Below are positions 38,892 to 48,571 of a stretch of 64,000 nt of DNA, piece by piece. The stretch covers positions 32,001 through 96,000 of the forward strand of contig CAWKMU010000004.1 of the NCBI GenBank assembly GCA_963850905.1, read 5' to 3'. The notes beneath the pieces are model-generated. The model saw only the letters and a list, made by a program, of their open reading frames with translations, was not told the DNA's origin and searched no databases. The first letter of the stretch is position 1. Each line of letters opens with the position of its first letter. A program made the translations under genes and the position numbers. The DNA comes from an uncultured Gemmatimonadales bacterium (GTDB lineage: Bacteria > Gemmatimonadota > Gemmatimonadetes > Gemmatimonadales > Gemmatimonadaceae).

Positions 38892-40529
38892 CTAGGGGGT
38901 GTGGATGAGGTGCTCCTCTGCGACCTGCACATCGATGCCAGGATGGTGGTCCGGTTTCGGAGATCCGCTCCCCGGCCCGGGCGGCGTCCCGGGGGGCGGT
39001 GCAGTCGCGGTCCCAGAATGTGGTGTGGTCGTGATAGTCCCGTCCGGGTGAGCCACTTCGACCGTGCCGGTGGAATTCGTGGTCGTGATGGATCCGTCGG
39101 GGTTATTCTCGATCGTCGTCCCGTCATGGGTGATGACTTGGACGTGCCCCCCTGGGTCGTTTGTGGTCACGGTCCCATCGGTGCCGATCGTTCGAGTCGA
39201 GCCGTCCCCGTAGCTGATTGAGAGCGACCCATCCGGGTTGGATTGCGTGACGGAATAGACGGTCCCGTCCGGATTGGTGATGGTAGTGGTCGAGTCTGTG
39301 ACCGTGGCCGTGGACCCGTCCGTGTGAGCGATCTGGACGCTTCCATCCGGGTTGAGCGTCGAGATCGACCCGTCTGGGTTCGTCGACGTGGTGGTCCCGT
39401 CGGGGCTATCGACTTGGGCCGTCCCATTGGGGTTCGTCGTCGTAATCGACCCATTGGGGTTGGCCTGTATCGTCGTCCCATTGGGCGTGGTCAGCGTGGT
39501 CGTGCTGGACCCGGTGGGATCGGTCGTCGTAACGGATCCGTCGGGGTTGGTCGTGGTGCTCGTGCCGTCGGGACTGAACGTGGTCGACGTGGTGATGGTG
39601 GGCTCAGTCGACGGCGCGCTCGTCCCCGTCGCGCCAGAGTCTCCCGACGAGATCGTCGTGTTGGGAAGGGTCGTCGTCGTGCTCCCGTCAGGCGTGGTCG
39701 TTGTGCTGCTCCCATCGGGATACGTGGTGGTGGTCGTCGTCCCGCCCGGGCCGAACGTCGCCTGCACGGTCATCGTGGGCTCGGCGGGGCTGGTGACGCC
39801 AGTCCCGTCGCCTGTACCCGCGGTGGGGTCGCCTTCGACCACGGTCTCCGGCACCGTCGTCGTCGAACTCCCGTCGGATCCCGTCGTGGTGCTGCTCCCG
39901 TCGGCGTTGTACGTCGTCTGCGTGGTCGTCGTGGACGTGGTCCCGTCGGGATTGGTCGTGGTCGTCGTGGTCCCGCCCGGACCGAACGTCGACTGCATGG
40001 TCATGACGGGTTCGTCGCTCGCCTCGGCGGTGCTCGCGCTCGGGTCACCTTCGACCACGGTCTCCGGCACCGTCGTCGTCGAACTCCCGTCGGATCCTGT
40101 CGTCGTGCTGCTCCCGTCGGCGTTGTACGTCGTCTGCGTGGTCGTCGTGGATGTCGTCCCGTCGGGATAAGTCGTCGTAGTCGTGGTTCCGCCCGGACCA
40201 AACGTCGCCTGCATGGTCATCGTGGGATCGGTCGACGGCGCGCCCGGACCGCCCGCGCCTGAACCGCTGCCCGAACCGCCTGAACCCCCTGAACCCCCTG
40301 CGCCCGATCCGGAACCTGCCCCGGCGCCAGAGCCGTCTCCGCTACCCGACCCATCACCCGGGCCCGTTCCATCACCTGTGCCACCATCGCCGGCCATGCC
40401 ACCCATCCCACCCATACCACCCGCGGCGCCCGCGGCGCCCGCGGCGGCACCGAGCGATGGTGCGACGCCAGCGCCCGCTGGGGCGCAGCTCGTGCACCAG
40501 TGCACGATGGAAATCAGCATGTCGATCAT
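38892..40529 (-). CDS. Thr/Gly/Pro/Asp-rich repeat protein (T-x-PDG hairpin repeats)
   Basis: Many NPDG/PDG turns; 72-aa duplicated module; ATG overlaps the PrsW stop. Confidence 0.8.
   Translation of the reverse strand: MIDMLISIVHWCTSCAPAGAGVAPSLGAAAGAAGAAGGMGGMGGMAGDGGTGDGTGPGDGSGSGDGSGAGAGSGSGAGGSGGSGGSGSGSGAGGPGAPSTDPTMTMQATFGPGGTTTTTTYPDGTTSTTTTQTTYNADGSSTTTGSDGSSTTTVPETVVEGDPSASTAEASDEPVMTMQSTFGPGGTTTTTTNPDGTTSTTTTQTTYNADGSSTTTGSDGSSTTTVPETVVEGDPTAGTGDGTGVTSPAEPTMTVQATFGPGGTTTTTTYPDGSSTTTTPDGSTTTTLPNTTISSGDSGATGTSAPSTEPTITTSTTFSPDGTSTTTNPDGSVTTTDPTGSSTTTLTTPNGTTIQANPNGSITTTNPNGTAQVDSPDGTTTSTNPDGSISTLNPDGSVQIAHTDGSTATVTDSTTTITNPDGTVYSVTQSNPDGSLSISYGDGSTRTIGTDGTVTTNDPGGHVQVITHDGTTIENNPDGSITTTNSTGTVEVAHPDGTITTTPHSGTATAPPPGTPPGPGSGSPKPDHHPGIDVQVAEEHLIHTP
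39826..40226 (-). repeat. Intragenic tandem duplication, 216-bp period
   Basis: CCTTCGACCACGGTCTCCGGCACCGTCGTCGTCGAACTCCCGTCGGATCC at 39832 and 40048. Confidence 0.85.
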
Positions 40530-41749
40530 ACGAGTGTCCCCCGTTTCGAAGACCCCGCGGACGGAGAGGGGGCGAGTTGCGCACGGGCGAGCAGCATTGA
40601 TCTGCGCTGTGCCACGTCGGCGGGCAGCTTGAACCACGAGTCCGGGCGCAACAGTTGCAGCCACTCTTCCCGACGAGATACGACCGCGCCGATCGCTCGC
40701 CGTTCAATGTAGAACGCGTAGGCGATGCCCGCGATCAGGAGGAGCGAGGAGGCAAATCCGCCAAGGGTGAGAGCGAGCGCGATGTCCAGGAGCGCGTTGT
40801 CCGAGTGGGCCAGCGCGAGCGCATTGTTGGAGGCGTGCTCGAGGAGCGCGACCAGCACCACCGCAAGCAGTACGAGCTCGGGGCGCTTGAACCGATTTCG
40901 ATACAGGAACGTGAGGCCGATGCCCAGTGCGAGCAGGGCCGAGAATATGAGGTGGCCGCCATGGACCATGGTCGAGCCGGCCACCGTGCTCGATGTCTCG
41001 CTCGGGAAAATCAGCGAGATGACCGGCACGGTGGAGAGGTCAAAGGATCCTCGGCCGAACGTCGCGTTCTCATAGAGGCCGAATCCCGCTCCGGTCCATG
41101 CGCCGAGCAACATGACATCGAGTGCCGACGGCCGGACGGTCGTGCGCTTCAGCGCGACGATGACCACGAATGCCACCGGGATCATCTTGCACAATTCCTC
41201 GGTGAGTGGCACCCAGACACTGACGGCGAGGAGGCTGGACCGGCCGAGTGCTCCGACCACCGGACTGCCAAGAAGCGTCGCAAGTGCGGTCACCGCAAGG
41301 AAGCCGGTCGTTCCGGCGCCGACGAAGGCCCGCCAGTTGAGTGTCCGGACCGAGCCGGCGATCACCATCAGCACGGTGAGGCCCCACAACTGTGCAACGA
41401 GGTCCGTCGCGAACTTCTCGAATCCCCCGGTGTGCGTCAGGTGAGGCAACGCGGCAAGGATGGTCACCGCCGAGATTCCCAAGCCGACGTTCGAAACGAT
41501 CATGAGCACGCGCGCGCGGCTCGGCGCGGACGCCGCTTTGGCCACGTAGGAGAACGCGACCTTGAGCGCGATCGCCGAGCCGATGAGGACAATCACGGTC
41601 GCCGCACCGCTGGGCATCACGCCTGCGGCCCGGGCCACCACCGCCGCGACCGAGAGCGTCACACCCGCCCCGGCAACCATCGCCATGCGCAAGTCGTTGG
41701 TCGCCGCCGACGATTGGGTCATCGGCTCACGGACGGCAGTCGTCATCAT
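40526..41749 (-). CDS. PrsW-family intramembrane protease
   Basis: LTEELCK, GAGFGLYEN, HGGH, LEHASNN; about 10 TM segments. Confidence 0.85.
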   Translation of the reverse strand: MMTTAVREPMTQSSAATNDLRMAMVAGAGVTLSVAAVVARAAGVMPSGAATVIVLIGSAIALKVAFSYVAKAASAPSRARVLMIVSNVGLGISAVTILAALPHLTHTGGFEKFATDLVAQLWGLTVLMVIAGSVRTLNWRAFVGAGTTGFLAVTALATLLGSPVVGALGRSSLLAVSVWVPLTEELCKMIPVAFVVIVALKRTTVRPSALDVMLLGAWTGAGFGLYENATFGRGSFDLSTVPVISLIFPSETSSTVAGSTMVHGGHLIFSALLALGIGLTFLYRNRFKRPELVLLAVVLVALLEHASNNALALAHSDNALLDIALALTLGGFASSLLLIAGIAYAFYIERRAIGAVVSRREEWLQLLRPDSWFKLPADVAQRRSMLLARAQLAPSPSAGSSKRGTLV

Positions 41750-42011
41750 GGCCCTCCTCCAGCGCGCGAACGGCGTGATGGGTGTCCCTCCGTCACGCTA
41801 TCCGATCGCCGTCCGAGCAGTCCAATACTTTGTTTGGTGGAGTGCGATAGGCGGTGGCTATAGGGGCTGCCTGCGATTCGTTGTGGCTGCGTTGGCGGCG
41901 GCGAGCGGACCAGCCTTCGGTACGACGGGTGTCGACCCCGTGGTCGCGCTCGCAGCGACATGACGCGAATAAGCCATCATGTGTGGGCCCGCATGGAATG
42001 GTCGAGAGAGA

Positions 42012-42908
42012 TCAACGCGCGCCCGACCCGCTCGTGGCCAACACTTCGGCGGCGTCTAATTCGTCAAACGACTCCTGGTCGAGATTGACCAACGCAGCAG
42101 CGGTGTTTTCTTCGAGATGCGCAACCGAAGCGGTCCCGGGAATCGGGAGCATCACGGGCGACCTGCGAAGCAGCCACGCGAGTGCGACCTGCGCTGGGGT
42201 CGCGTGGACGCGTTCCGAAATGCGGGCAACTACCCCTCCGGCTTGCGCAAGACGCCCGGTGGCGAGCGGGAACCAAGGGATGAAGCCGAGTCCCTCGCGC
42301 GAGCAGTATTCCAGCACTGGCTCCGATCCTCGGTCGATCAGATTGAATCGGTTCTGGACGGAGACGATGGGCGTCAATCGTCGGACCGCCTCGATCTGTT
42401 CCACGCTGACTTCCGAGAGGCCGATGTGTCGAATCTTGCCTTCGCGCTTCAGGTCGACGAGTGTGCCAATCTGATCGTCGAGTGGCACTTTGGGATCAAT
42501 GCGGTGCAGCTGATAGAGATCGATTCGCTCGAGCCGCAGTCGCTGGAGGCTGCCCTCGCACGCCTCCCGCAGATGCGATGGCCGGCCGTCCTCGACCCAC
42601 TGATTTGGACCAGGCCGTTGGAACCCTCCCTTCGTCGCGATCACGAGTCCCTTCGGGTACGGGTACAGTGCTTCGGCGATCAATTGCTCCGCAACATGCG
42701 GCCCGTAGGAATTCGCGGTATCGATCAGGTCGATCCCGAGCTCGGGCGCGCGCCGTAGGACGGCGATCGCCTCGGCGTGATCGCGTGGCTCGCCCCAAAC
42801 GCCGCGACCTGTGAGTTGCATACTGCCGAAGCCAAGGCGATGCACGGTGAGATCGCCACCGATCGTGAAAGTGCCACTGTGCGTTGCTGGGCGTGAGACA
42901 GAAGACAC
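42012..42908 (-). CDS. Aldo/keto reductase
   Basis: RLGFGSMQL, IDTANSYG, IDLYQLHR, LPIPGT. Confidence 0.93.
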   Translation of the reverse strand: MSSVSRPATHSGTFTIGGDLTVHRLGFGSMQLTGRGVWGEPRDHAEAIAVLRRAPELGIDLIDTANSYGPHVAEQLIAEALYPYPKGLVIATKGGFQRPGPNQWVEDGRPSHLREACEGSLQRLRLERIDLYQLHRIDPKVPLDDQIGTLVDLKREGKIRHIGLSEVSVEQIEAVRRLTPIVSVQNRFNLIDRGSEPVLEYCSREGLGFIPWFPLATGRLAQAGGVVARISERVHATPAQVALAWLLRRSPVMLPIPGTASVAHLEENTAAALVNLDQESFDELDAAEVLATSGSGAR

Positions 42909-43282
42909 GGTTGGCTCCCCAATCGCAGAGGTTGATAGGCGGGCGTCGCTCGAGCTGGACGTGACCGCTCACGTGCGCTGGAACGACCGCATTGGCGGAT
43001 GGACAGTTCGGTGCTCACACGAATCCGATACGACGTGGTTTGGTTCTGCGGCAAACACCATGCTCGCTGCATCGAGCCGCCGTACTCGTTGATCCACGCC
43101 AGCTGAATTCGGCTCAACGCGGCGGGGTACATTTCGCGTTTCACTTAGTTGCTCGGCGGGAAATCGGCAAGCGACGTTGGTGTTCCATCACGCTATTGCT
43201 GGCTCTCCAGGGGCACCGTATACTCGCCGCTTGCACGTCACGTGGCACTCTGCTACTCCACCTTCTTAGGCCCCTCGTGGAT

Positions 43283-44743
43283 ATGCCCAAGCTTTCAATC
43301 TGCCTGGCGTTGCTCGGATTCGTTCCAGTGGTTCGGGCGCAAGACCCGGGTCGCGCCGTGCCTGATTCGAACAAACACGGGGGCAGTAAGAAGGTCCACG
43401 AGATCGCGCACGTTGTCACTCACCTTGGGCCGGTTAAGGCCGCGGATCTCGAAATCGAGCAGGACTCCAGCCGTCCGTACGTGTACGTCTGCGGCTTCAC
43501 GAATTACGACACACAGATCTACGACATCCGAAACCCCGCCCAGCCGAAGAAACTGTACGATTGGACTATCGAACACCCGGAACTCCACCGCGGCGCCGGT
43601 GCGATGGACGGCAAGTATTTCAAGATCGGATCGAAGTACTACTACGCCCAATCCTTCCAGTTCTTCCAGGGAGGGCCGGATATGGATCTCGGCGCGGTCA
43701 TCTTCGACGTCACCGGTCTGCCGGATACGTCAACGGTGAAGGTGGTCGCCCGCATCCGCTATGCTCGAGCACCCGGCGGCTTCCACAACAGCTTCGCCTA
43801 CAAGCACTCGGATGGGCGCGTCCTCTACTTCGCCACCGTCAACGAGAGCGACGCGCTCATCTACGATCTGGGCAAGGTCGTCAGCGGGGCTGACTCCAGC
43901 ACCTGGCTCATTGGGAAAGTGCCCAATCCGACTCCGCTCAAGCAGCTCTCGGTCGGCGGGTATCACGACTTCTACGTCGCCTACGATCCCGCCACCCATC
44001 AGGACAAGTTCTACGGCGCCGGGCTTGGGGGTTACTCCGCGTGGGACGTGACCCATCCCGAGGCGCCCAAGCAGCTCTTTACGATCACCTCTTTCGGCAT
44101 GGATGTCGCGCACACCTTCACACCGTCTCCGGACGGGAAGTACGCCGTGACAGAGACGGAGTATCAGTATACGCCGCTTCGCATTTGGGACTTGACCGAC
44201 GCCCAGGCCGGCAATGTCCACAACGTGGATACGCCCATCGGGGCCTGGACGGCCGACTGGCATGACCTCTCACACAACCACGAAGTCCGGTGGCCGTACG
44301 TGTTCGTCTCCGCCTACGAGGACGGCCTCCAGATCTTCAGCCTCAAAGACCCCAGGCATCCGAAGACCGAAGGCCACTTTTATACTTGCGAGTGCGTGCA
44401 CGAAGCGGGCGCCGTTGTCTTCGAGTACGCGCCGCCCGGGCAGAGCGCTCCGGCGAATGGTGCGCGGGTCAACACGCACGTTAATCAGGGGGCGTTCGGC
44501 GTGGATGTGCGTAACCGCGATGGCCTGATCGTGATCTCCGACCAGGGCACCGGCCTGTGGCTCTTCAGGATGGATGGCTTCAATGGATGGAACGGTCGCG
44601 AGTACGGCATGCCGAACATCTCGAGCGTGCAGGACTACGACCACGGGCCAACAGGGATGCCGGTCTCGATGGATCGGCGCGAGCTGAACAAACGCAAAAC
44701 CGTGCAAACGAGCGACGCGAGTAAACGGGGCGAGTTAGATTAG
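43283..44743 (+). CDS. Secreted LVIVD-repeat beta-propeller protein
   Basis: Signal peptide; repeated IYDIRNP, WDVTHP, IWDL motifs with His residues; SAYEDGLQIF. Confidence 0.75.
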   Translation: MPKLSICLALLGFVPVVRAQDPGRAVPDSNKHGGSKKVHEIAHVVTHLGPVKAADLEIEQDSSRPYVYVCGFTNYDTQIYDIRNPAQPKKLYDWTIEHPELHRGAGAMDGKYFKIGSKYYYAQSFQFFQGGPDMDLGAVIFDVTGLPDTSTVKVVARIRYARAPGGFHNSFAYKHSDGRVLYFATVNESDALIYDLGKVVSGADSSTWLIGKVPNPTPLKQLSVGGYHDFYVAYDPATHQDKFYGAGLGGYSAWDVTHPEAPKQLFTITSFGMDVAHTFTPSPDGKYAVTETEYQYTPLRIWDLTDAQAGNVHNVDTPIGAWTADWHDLSHNHEVRWPYVFVSAYEDGLQIFSLKDPRHPKTEGHFYTCECVHEAGAVVFEYAPPGQSAPANGARVNTHVNQGAFGVDVRNRDGLIVISDQGTGLWLFRMDGFNGWNGREYGMPNISSVQDYDHGPTGMPVSMDRRELNKRKTVQTSDASKRGELD

Positions 44744-44754
44744 AGCGCGAGTTT

Positions 44755-44845
44755 GGAGGGGTGGGTGAGTGGCTCAAACCAGCGGTTTGCTAAACCGCCA
44801 TAGGGTCTTAAAGCTCTATCGAGGGTTCGAATCCCTCCCCCTCCG
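44755..44845 (+). tRNA. tRNA-Ser(GCU)
   Basis: Acceptor GGAGGGG/CCCCTCC, anticodon arm GCGGT-TTGCTAA-ACCGC, long variable arm, GAGGG-TTCGAAT-CCCTC. Confidence 0.97.
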
Positions 44846-44858
44846 TCGAGGACGCTCC

Positions 44859-44881
44859 GGGCCCGCCGATCAGGCGGGCCC
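44859..44881. terminator. Hairpin after tRNA-Ser(GCU)
   Basis: GGGCCCGCC-GATCA-GGCGGGCCC between convergent units. Confidence 0.55.
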
Positions 44882-46753
44882 GTTGCTATTCGATCCGCAT
44901 GGAACGGCCTCGGGCGAGGCGCGATCGGTCTCGTGCGCGCTCGCCAGACGGTGCTGAAGATCCGCCACCTCGCGCCGCAGCTCTAGCGTTTCGGCTCGCC
45001 GGTAGGCCAGGGCCGCGTCGCCAGCGAGCAAGACGAGTGCGGCGCGCTCGTCCGCTGCGAGATCGGCGCCGCTGTCGTGCGGCCCGTACAGCGCGAGTGC
45101 GAACCGCCTGATCTGGTCTTCAACCGCCACGACGACCGTTGGCGCCGCAAGGCCGGTTGGGAAGCCGAGCCGCGCTGCATCCCCAGGATTGATCTGGACC
45201 GGGTCCTCCGTGTCGAGACCGCGCATTGCTCCGTCGCGGGGATCCAGTGCATACGCCGTCCCTGCAGGCCAGCCGACTGTGCAGACGAAACGCCGATACC
45301 CGCTATCCTCGCGCCGGAACACCGCCGCAGACGCGAGATGCAGATGTGCCACGGGTGCCTCGATCAGGAGCCGCTCGACAGCGCCGACGGTATCGGCTGC
45401 CAGGATCTCTCGGCCGACCTGACGAAGGCGCACCATTTGACGCCGAAACGTTCGATTGAAGGCGCGGTCGGCAACCTCCACCGACAAATCGTGTACTCGA
45501 CTTGTGAGGTAGAAGAGCAGTGCGGCGACGAGGATCCAACTCCAGTCGGGGAGCGCGAGCGTGTCGCGCAGCCAGTCCGTCGCTCGATCAGCGAACACCA
45601 GTGGGATACTGATCAGCAGACCAAACACGGTCACGCGACGCAGCGGGATCGATACGTTGACCACCCGCGGGCGTCGCATGGCCTCGAGTACGAACCAACC
45701 CAGAATGCCGTAGGTGAGCAGCAGGACGCTGATGACCCCGAGTGGGATGGTCGCGCTGCCGGTCAGCGTGTACCACAGGGAAGTCGACTGCAGGACCGCC
45801 GAGAGGATGAACGCGGGCAGCCCGATCATGCAGCCCCAGATCACCCAGCGCATGCGCTGGTACTCTTGCGGCGGGTGGCCGTGACGGCGCCGGACGAGGA
45901 TCCAGAGGGCGAGGACATCCACCGCGTAATCGGCGAGAAACGTTGCCCGGCTGACATTCTCCGTCGGGTATCCGAAGATGTTGGTGTAGCTGATCAACTG
46001 CATGCTGGCGATCGCCAACGCGACAGCCGGGAGAATCCGCATCACGAACCACCATTTCTTCTCGGACTGGTCGTTGGGGACGCGCAACGCGAACAACAGG
46101 AGCCCGGCGCAGGCCGCACCATGCGCCAGCGACGCGAGGACCTCCTGCGCCATCAGGAGCAGCGGTCGCTCCTGCAACACGAGGAAGTAGACGAAGTCTT
46201 GCCCCGGGTTGAACCACAGCGCGTACACCCAGAACCCCAACGTCATGGCACTGGGCTGCGTCCACGCGAGCCACGCCGCGCCGAGCACCACAGCAATGCC
46301 CGCGAGCTCGTTCAACAGCAAAATGAAGCGACTCACCCAGCTCGCGGGATTGGGCTGCGCCGTCACATGCACGACTCGAGCTGGCCCGCCGCTCGCAGGG
46401 AGGACCGTCACACTCAGCACTCTGCCGCGTCGAACGAGTTGGGCGCCGCCCATGCCCCCCAGCACGGAGAGAAGATTGGTGCAGCCGCGCGGGCGCGGCG
46501 GTCCACATTGCATTGCCGCGAAGTCGATCTGATCGCCGACGCGCAGGCCCGCCTTCCAGGCTGGTGAATCCTGTTCCCGCGCAAACGGTCCGCGCACGTC
46601 GTAGATGCGCCCGTCGTTGTCGGCAGCAAAGCCTGCTGACGCGAGCGGGCGTACCACTCGCGACAAGTCCGGCACGATCATCAGCAGGCCCCACGCTGTG
46701 AGCGCAACGATCGCGATCCGCATGGGCCGCCCCGGTGTGCGCGCAGCCTGCAT
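44870..46753 (-). CDS. Multi-TM protein with N-terminal PDZ-like and C-terminal GAF-like regions
   Basis: SPAWKAGLRVGDQI (PDZ-like), about 8 TM segments, ALYGPHDSGADLAADERAAL (GAF-like). Confidence 0.7.
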   Translation of the reverse strand: MQAARTPGRPMRIAIVALTAWGLLMIVPDLSRVVRPLASAGFAADNDGRIYDVRGPFAREQDSPAWKAGLRVGDQIDFAAMQCGPPRPRGCTNLLSVLGGMGGAQLVRRGRVLSVTVLPASGGPARVVHVTAQPNPASWVSRFILLLNELAGIAVVLGAAWLAWTQPSAMTLGFWVYALWFNPGQDFVYFLVLQERPLLLMAQEVLASLAHGAACAGLLLFALRVPNDQSEKKWWFVMRILPAVALAIASMQLISYTNIFGYPTENVSRATFLADYAVDVLALWILVRRRHGHPPQEYQRMRWVIWGCMIGLPAFILSAVLQSTSLWYTLTGSATIPLGVISVLLLTYGILGWFVLEAMRRPRVVNVSIPLRRVTVFGLLISIPLVFADRATDWLRDTLALPDWSWILVAALLFYLTSRVHDLSVEVADRAFNRTFRRQMVRLRQVGREILAADTVGAVERLLIEAPVAHLHLASAAVFRREDSGYRRFVCTVGWPAGTAYALDPRDGAMRGLDTEDPVQINPGDAARLGFPTGLAAPTVVVAVEDQIRRFALALYGPHDSGADLAADERAALVLLAGDAALAYRRAETLELRREVADLQHRLASAHETDRASPEAVPCGSNSNGPA

Positions 46754-46813
46754 GCGTCTAGGCTAGAGACATGGCCCTGAGGCAAGCAACGTCGACCAAG
46801 GCCCGTCTGGTGT

Positions 46814-46923
46814 TAGACGCTGGACGCTACACGCTGGAGACAAAGCATAGGGCTGGTTCGCTGCGCCCCGGCCGGCCCTTAGGTTTGCTCTCCAGCGTCC
46901 AGCGTCCAGCGTCTAGCGTCCAG
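46814..46923. repeat. Long hairpin with heptamer-repeat arms (TGGACGC/GCGTCCA)
   Basis: TAGACGCTGGACGCTACACGCTGGAGA ... TCTCCAGCGTCCAGCGTCCAGCGTCTA. Confidence 0.75.
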
Positions 46924-46943
46924 TTTTGCCACTACTTTCCTAC

Positions 46944-48410
46944 GTGCCTGATACCGCGCCCAACACAGCCGCCCGCTCCGCGCCGCGGCTCCGCTTCGCC
47001 CCGTCGCCGACTGGCTTCCTCCACGTCGGCGGTGCGCGCACCGCGCTCCTGAATTTGCTCTACGCCCGACATACCGGCGGGCAATTCCTCCTTCGCATCG
47101 AGGACACGGATCGAGCCCGCAGCACCGAAGCATCGACCCGGGCAATCTTCGAGGGACTCAGGTGGCTTGGGCTCGGTTGGGATGAAGAGGTGCTGTATCA
47201 GGGCGCGAACCTGGAGCAGCATCGCCGGGACGCCGAGCAGCTGCTCACCAGCGGCGCCGCCTACCGGTGTTATTGCACGCCCGAGGAGCTGGAGCAGCGA
47301 CGCGCAGCCGCCGATGCCCGTCGCGAAGCATTCCGTTACGATCGGCGCTGCGACCAGTTGGGAGCCGACGAGATCGCCCGGCGCGTGGCCGCCGGCATGC
47401 CGAGTGCAATTCGCTTCCGCGTACCTGACGGAGTAACCGATTGGGAAGACGCCGTGCACGGCCACATCGCATTCCCCAACAAGGACATTGAGGACTTCAT
47501 CGTCCTCCGGTCCGACGGGACGCCCGTGTACAACATGGCCGTGGTCTCGGATGACATTGCGATGCGCATCAGCATTGTCATGCGCGGAGACGACCATATC
47601 TCGAACACGCCCAAGCAGATCCTGCTGTACCGGGCGCTCAATGCCTCGCTGCCGGAGTTTGCGCATCTGCCGATGGTACACGGCACCGACGGGAAGAAAC
47701 TGAGCAAGCGGCACGGCGCGACCGCGGTCGCCGACTACCAGCGCGAAGGGATCCTCCCGAGTGCCATGGCCAACTTCCTCGCCCTCCTCGGCTGGTCCCC
47801 GGGCGGAGACCGGGAGATCATGACGATGGCGGAGATGATCGAGCTGTTTTCTCCCGCGGGGCTGCAACGGAAGGCCGCCATCTTCGATCCCCAGAAGCTG
47901 GAGTGGATGAACGGTCAGCACCTGTCGCTGGTCGCGCTGGACGAGCTCCTGCCTCGGGTCACGACCGCGCTCGTTGCGGCCGGCATGGCGGACGCCAGCG
48001 CGCTCGCCGCACGACGCGAATGGTACGCGTCCCTGATCGACCTGCTGCGTGTCCGCGCTCGCACTATCAACGACATCGTGCGGCAAGCCGAGCCGTACCT
48101 TCGCGAGACGATCACGTACGACCCTGATGCAGTGGCCAAGCAGTGGAAAGACCGCCCGGCAACCGTTGCGCTGTTGACGGCTACGCGCGATGCGCTGGCC
48201 GCTGTGCCGTCCTGGACAACCGAGACGCTCGAGGCCGCGCTCCGTGACCTCGCCGCCGCGCGTCAGCTGGCGGCCGGCAAGATCTTTCAGCCCCTCCGCG
48301 TGGCGCTGACCGGTCTGACCGTGAGCCCCGGGATCTTCGACGTACTAGTGTTGCTTGGCCGCGACACCTCTTTGTCAAGAATCGATACAGCTATTCGAAC
48401 TCTTGTGTGA
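46944..48410 (+). CDS. gltX: Glutamate--tRNA ligase
   Basis: RFAPSPTGFLHVGG (HIGH), LRIEDTD, KLSKRHG (KMSKS), PLRVALTG. Confidence 0.97.
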   Translation: MPDTAPNTAARSAPRLRFAPSPTGFLHVGGARTALLNLLYARHTGGQFLLRIEDTDRARSTEASTRAIFEGLRWLGLGWDEEVLYQGANLEQHRRDAEQLLTSGAAYRCYCTPEELEQRRAAADARREAFRYDRRCDQLGADEIARRVAAGMPSAIRFRVPDGVTDWEDAVHGHIAFPNKDIEDFIVLRSDGTPVYNMAVVSDDIAMRISIVMRGDDHISNTPKQILLYRALNASLPEFAHLPMVHGTDGKKLSKRHGATAVADYQREGILPSAMANFLALLGWSPGGDREIMTMAEMIELFSPAGLQRKAAIFDPQKLEWMNGQHLSLVALDELLPRVTTALVAAGMADASALAARREWYASLIDLLRVRARTINDIVRQAEPYLRETITYDPDAVAKQWKDRPATVALLTATRDALAAVPSWTTETLEAALRDLAAARQLAAGKIFQPLRVALTGLTVSPGIFDVLVLLGRDTSLSRIDTAIRTLV

Positions 48411-48571
48411 TCCATACTTATTGACCGGACCGCGCAGGATCATAAGTTTGAATGTGGTTGCGCCCGCCAGACAGGCGCCATCCAAACGGGCGCTTGGCCT
48501 GCCGCGGTATTGGGTCATAGCGCAAACAAGCAGCGCCCACCGACCCGGCCATTTGACTCGCGGAGGCAGGT

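Noticed and set aside
38892..40300. Repeats resembling a CRISPR array
   Set aside because: In-frame degenerate coding repeats with no constant repeat/unique spacer pattern and no cas genes
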